From the NCBI GenBank assembly GCA_003282895.1, contig QBYI01000001.1:678-64677 (forward strand): a stretch of DNA of 64,000 bases, given 5' to 3'. A program made the translations under genes and the position numbers. Below the pieces are notes generated by a model. That model was not told the DNA's origin. It searched no databases and worked only from the letters and a program-made list of their open reading frames with translations. This DNA is from Pelagibacteraceae bacterium AG-325-F15 (GTDB taxonomy: Bacteria > Pseudomonadota > Alphaproteobacteria > Pelagibacterales > Pelagibacteraceae). Below, piece by piece: positions 61,020-64,000 of the stretch (its first letter is position 1; each line of letters begins with the position of its first letter).

Positions 61020-61330
61020 TATGCAGTTTTAGCTATTGGCTTTTTCTTATATGGTGATTTAATTAAAATCCCTTTTTTTAATTTTTTAAGTCTTGGGGAT
61101 AAGTTTTTATTTTTAACTACTTTAAGATACTCATCAAAACTACCTTTTTTATCAACTGATCTTACACCTGCATTGCTGACTGTTAGCTTTAAGCTTCTTT
61201 TCATTAGCTCACTTGTAAATTTTACTTTTTTTAGATTAGGCAAAAATCTTCTTTTAGTCTTATTGTTAGCATGACTAACATTATGACCCTTCATTGGGAT
61301 TTTTCCTGTTAATTCGCATTTTTTTGACAT
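61019..61330 (-). CDS. rpmB: 50S ribosomal protein L28
   Basis: [25 protein letters not shown]. Confidence 0.97.
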   Translation of the reverse strand: MSKKCELTGKIPMKGHNVSHANNKTKRRFLPNLKKVKFTSELMKRSLKLTVSNAGVRSVDKKGSFDEYLKVVKNKNLSPRLKKLKKGILIKSPYKKKPIAKTA

Positions 61331-61342
61331 AATAACAATGCC

Positions 61343-61371
61343 TATATAAGGTGAGATCTTGAATGCGTCAA
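61343..61371 (-). promoter_or_regulatory. Sigma70-type promoter of rpmB
   Basis: TTGACG-N17-TATATA ending 12 nt before the ATG. Confidence 0.65.
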
Positions 61372-61382
61372 GTTTAATAGAT

Positions 61383-62435
61383 TTAAGATAAGGTTTTATT
61401 TCCTATAATTTCTGTGAAATTCTTAACCCCATCTCTCAATAACAAATCTTTTAGATCTTTTTTTATAATACCAGCAATATTTGGACCTTTAAAAACCATT
61501 CCGGTGTACAGCTGAATAAGATCTGCACCAGCAATAAATTTATTATATGCTGCTTGTCCAGAGTCAACACCACCTACTCCTATAATTTTTATTTTACCTT
61601 TCAATAATTTGAAAAATTTATTAATTAAAATATTTGATTTAGTCTCAATGGGTTTTCCAGATAATCCTCCCTTTTGATGCCTTTGAATATCACTTAGTAT
61701 ATCTCTTGAAGCTTCCGATGTATTAGAAATAATAATAGCATCTATTTTATTTTCCAAAAGAATTTCTGAAATTAAGTTAATTTGGCTTTCATCTATATCT
61801 GGTGAAATTTTTACTGCTACCGGAATGTCTGAATTTAAATCATTTTTTTCTTTTAGAATTGATTTTAGTAATTCCTGTAATTTATTTTCTTGGTGAAAAT
61901 TTCTTAAATTTTCTGTATTTGGAGACGAAATATTAACTGTTACATAATCTGCAACTTCATGAAAGGTTTTTAAACCAATTAGATAGTCATTCAATCTATC
62001 ATTTGAGTCTTTGTTGGGTCCTATATTAACACCAAGTAATCCCGATTTATCTTTTGATTTTATACGATCATAAATAATTTTTGCTCCATGATTATTAAAT
62101 CCTAATCTATTAATTAAAGCTTCATCTTCTACAAGTCTAAAAACTCTCGGTTTAGGATTTCCATACTGTTTTAAGGGAGTGATAGTGCCGACTTCTACAA
62201 AACCAAAACCCAATCTAAATAAAGCATTATAAACTTCAGCATTTTTATCAAAACCAGCTGCCATTCCTATCGGATTATCTAACTCTTTATTAAATATTTT
62301 AGTATTAAAAAGTGGATCATTTTTATTCTCATCAAAAATATTTGAAACTAAATTTAATTTTAATGATTTAATTGCTAAAGTGTGTGCTTTTTCAGGATCT
62401 ATTTTAAATATTAAAGATCTAATCTTTGAGAACAT
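61383..62435 (-). CDS. pyrD: Quinone-dependent dihydroorotate dehydrogenase
   Basis: [39 protein letters not shown]. Confidence 0.96.
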   Translation of the reverse strand: MFSKIRSLIFKIDPEKAHTLAIKSLKLNLVSNIFDENKNDPLFNTKIFNKELDNPIGMAAGFDKNAEVYNALFRLGFGFVEVGTITPLKQYGNPKPRVFRLVEDEALINRLGFNNHGAKIIYDRIKSKDKSGLLGVNIGPNKDSNDRLNDYLIGLKTFHEVADYVTVNISSPNTENLRNFHQENKLQELLKSILKEKNDLNSDIPVAVKISPDIDESQINLISEILLENKIDAIIISNTSEASRDILSDIQRHQKGGLSGKPIETKSNILINKFFKLLKGKIKIIGVGGVDSGQAAYNKFIAGADLIQLYTGMVFKGPNIAGIIKKDLKDLLLRDGVKNFTEIIGNKTLS

Positions 62436-63997
62436 TATTTAAGTTTATTTATTAACAGCTCTTTAGTTTCTTTAACACCAAAAAAACTAATAAAAAATCC
62501 CATTCGAGGTCCATTTTCATCTCCAAAAACTACCTCATAAATCAATTTAAACCAATCTCTTAAATTTTCAGCATAACCATTTTCTTTACCAGTTGAATAA
62601 ATCAGAGTTTGTATATCTTCTGGAGACATTTCATCTGTACATTTTTCTAAAGTTTTTACTAAGGCCTGCAAAGCTAATTTTTCATTTTCACTTGGTGATT
62701 TGTATTTTTTTTGAGCTTTAATCACGTCATTAAAATACTTGATTGCATATCCAACAAGTCCGTCAAAAATTGGAAATTTTTTTTCATCGATATCTGGTTT
62801 ATATTTTTTAACAAATTTCCATAATAATTCTTTGCTATCAGCATTACTGGTTTCAACTAAGTTGAGTAGCATTGAAAATGTCATAATTATATCTTCATTT
62901 GGAATATTTCCATTATGCACGTGCCATACGGGATTCATTAATAACTGCAGTTCATTTTGTTTTTTTGATTTTTCAATACAATCTAAATAATCATCAACAG
63001 CCTTGGGTACTATTTCATTATATAGTTTTTTAGCTCTCTTTGGATTTTGATACATATATAAAGACAAACTCTCTGGAGAGGCATAATTTAACCATTGATC
63101 AATAGTAATACCATTACCTTTTGATTTAGAAATTTTCTCGCCCTTTTCATCTAAAAATAACTCATAAGCAAATCCAGATGGATTTTTTTTACCAATTAAA
63201 TTGATAATTTTTGTCGATAAAATTGCACTCTCAATTAAATCTTTACCATACATTTCAAAATCTATATCGAGTGCATACCATCTCATTGCCCAATCGACTT
63301 TCCATTGTAGTTTACAATTTCCATCTAAAATACTAGCTTCTAATTTTTTTCCTTTATTATCAAAAATAATTCTGGATTTTTCTTTATCGATTTCTAATAG
63401 AGGTATTTCTAAAACATGCCTTGTATCAGGACATATTGGTAGAAATGGGCAATAAGTTTTCTGACGTTCTTTGCCTAACGTAGGAATTATAATATTCATA
63501 ATTCCCTCATAATTATCTAAAATAATCTTTAATGTTGGATTAAAAAAACCACCATTATAGAGAGCTGTAGAACTTTGAAAATTATATTTAAATTTAAAAC
63601 TATCTAAAAAATTTTTTAACATTTCATTATTATGCTCTCCAAAACTATTAAATTTTTCAAAAGGATCTGGGACCTGGGTTAATGGTTTATGAAGATTATC
63701 ATTTAGTAGTTTTTGATTAGGAACATTTTCTGGAACTTTTCTTAATCCATCCATATCATCTGAAAATGTTATTATTTCTGTTGGTAAATCTGTTAATTGA
63801 TTTAAGGCATTAACCATCATTGATGTACGCGCAACCTCTCCAAATGTCCCTATGTGAGGAAGTCCACTTGGTCCATAACCTGTTTGGAGTGTGATTTTAC
63901 CTTTTTTTTCAATAAAAGACTTCCTTTCACGAAGCATTTTTTTTGCTTCTACAAAAGGCCATGCACTTGTTTTATCTAAATTTTCTTTTTTAATCAT
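62435..63997 (-). CDS. lysS: Lysyl-tRNA synthetase, class I
   Basis: PSGLPHIGT, DDMDGLRKVP, KLQWKVDW.MRW, KISKSKGN, GPRMG. Confidence 0.96.
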   Translation of the reverse strand: MIKKENLDKTSAWPFVEAKKMLRERKSFIEKKGKITLQTGYGPSGLPHIGTFGEVARTSMMVNALNQLTDLPTEIITFSDDMDGLRKVPENVPNQKLLNDNLHKPLTQVPDPFEKFNSFGEHNNEMLKNFLDSFKFKYNFQSSTALYNGGFFNPTLKIILDNYEGIMNIIIPTLGKERQKTYCPFLPICPDTRHVLEIPLLEIDKEKSRIIFDNKGKKLEASILDGNCKLQWKVDWAMRWYALDIDFEMYGKDLIESAILSTKIINLIGKKNPSGFAYELFLDEKGEKISKSKGNGITIDQWLNYASPESLSLYMYQNPKRAKKLYNEIVPKAVDDYLDCIEKSKKQNELQLLMNPVWHVHNGNIPNEDIIMTFSMLLNLVETSNADSKELLWKFVKKYKPDIDEKKFPIFDGLVGYAIKYFNDVIKAQKKYKSPSENEKLALQALVKTLEKCTDEMSPEDIQTLIYSTGKENGYAENLRDWFKLIYEVVFGDENGPRMGFFISFFGVKETKELLINKLK

Positions 63998-64000
63998 GAA

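Overview
Very AT-rich, densely packed alphaproteobacterial chromosome segment, most consistent with Ca. Pelagibacter/SAR11. This assignment is inferred from composition, tiny or overlapping intergenic spacers, a class I LysRS and the gene order. It is mostly core genome: a DoxX-pirin-qor cluster, ubiA-msbA-kdtA-lpxK-lpxL, purD-rsmD, ribF-ileS-lspA-pgi, groESL, a DEAD-box helicase/typA pair, tldD-pmbA, cfa, ptrB, hsp20, purine salvage genes, msrA-sseA-RND pump, chvIG-ahcY-tsaE-amgK-murU, polA, bioY, regA, a polyamine cluster, rpmB, pyrD and lysS. I found no rRNA, tRNA, CRISPR array, integrase or transposase. Best candidates for undescribed biology: (1) an RND adaptor that lacks the whole alpha-hairpin and has an added C-terminal tail; (2) a tiny ribbon-helix-helix-like protein with a CxxC motif heading a putative quinone/thiol-stress operon, with a palindrome over its own RBS; (3) a decarboxylase / deoxyhypusine-synthase-like / ureohydrolase polyamine operon with a terminator-like leader; (4) a coiled-coil protein with a 9-bp repeat encoding a (SKK)n tail; (5) an uncalled 37-aa basic ORF; (6) a ROSE-like RNA thermometer. 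All family assignments are from motif recognition by eye; no searches were run.
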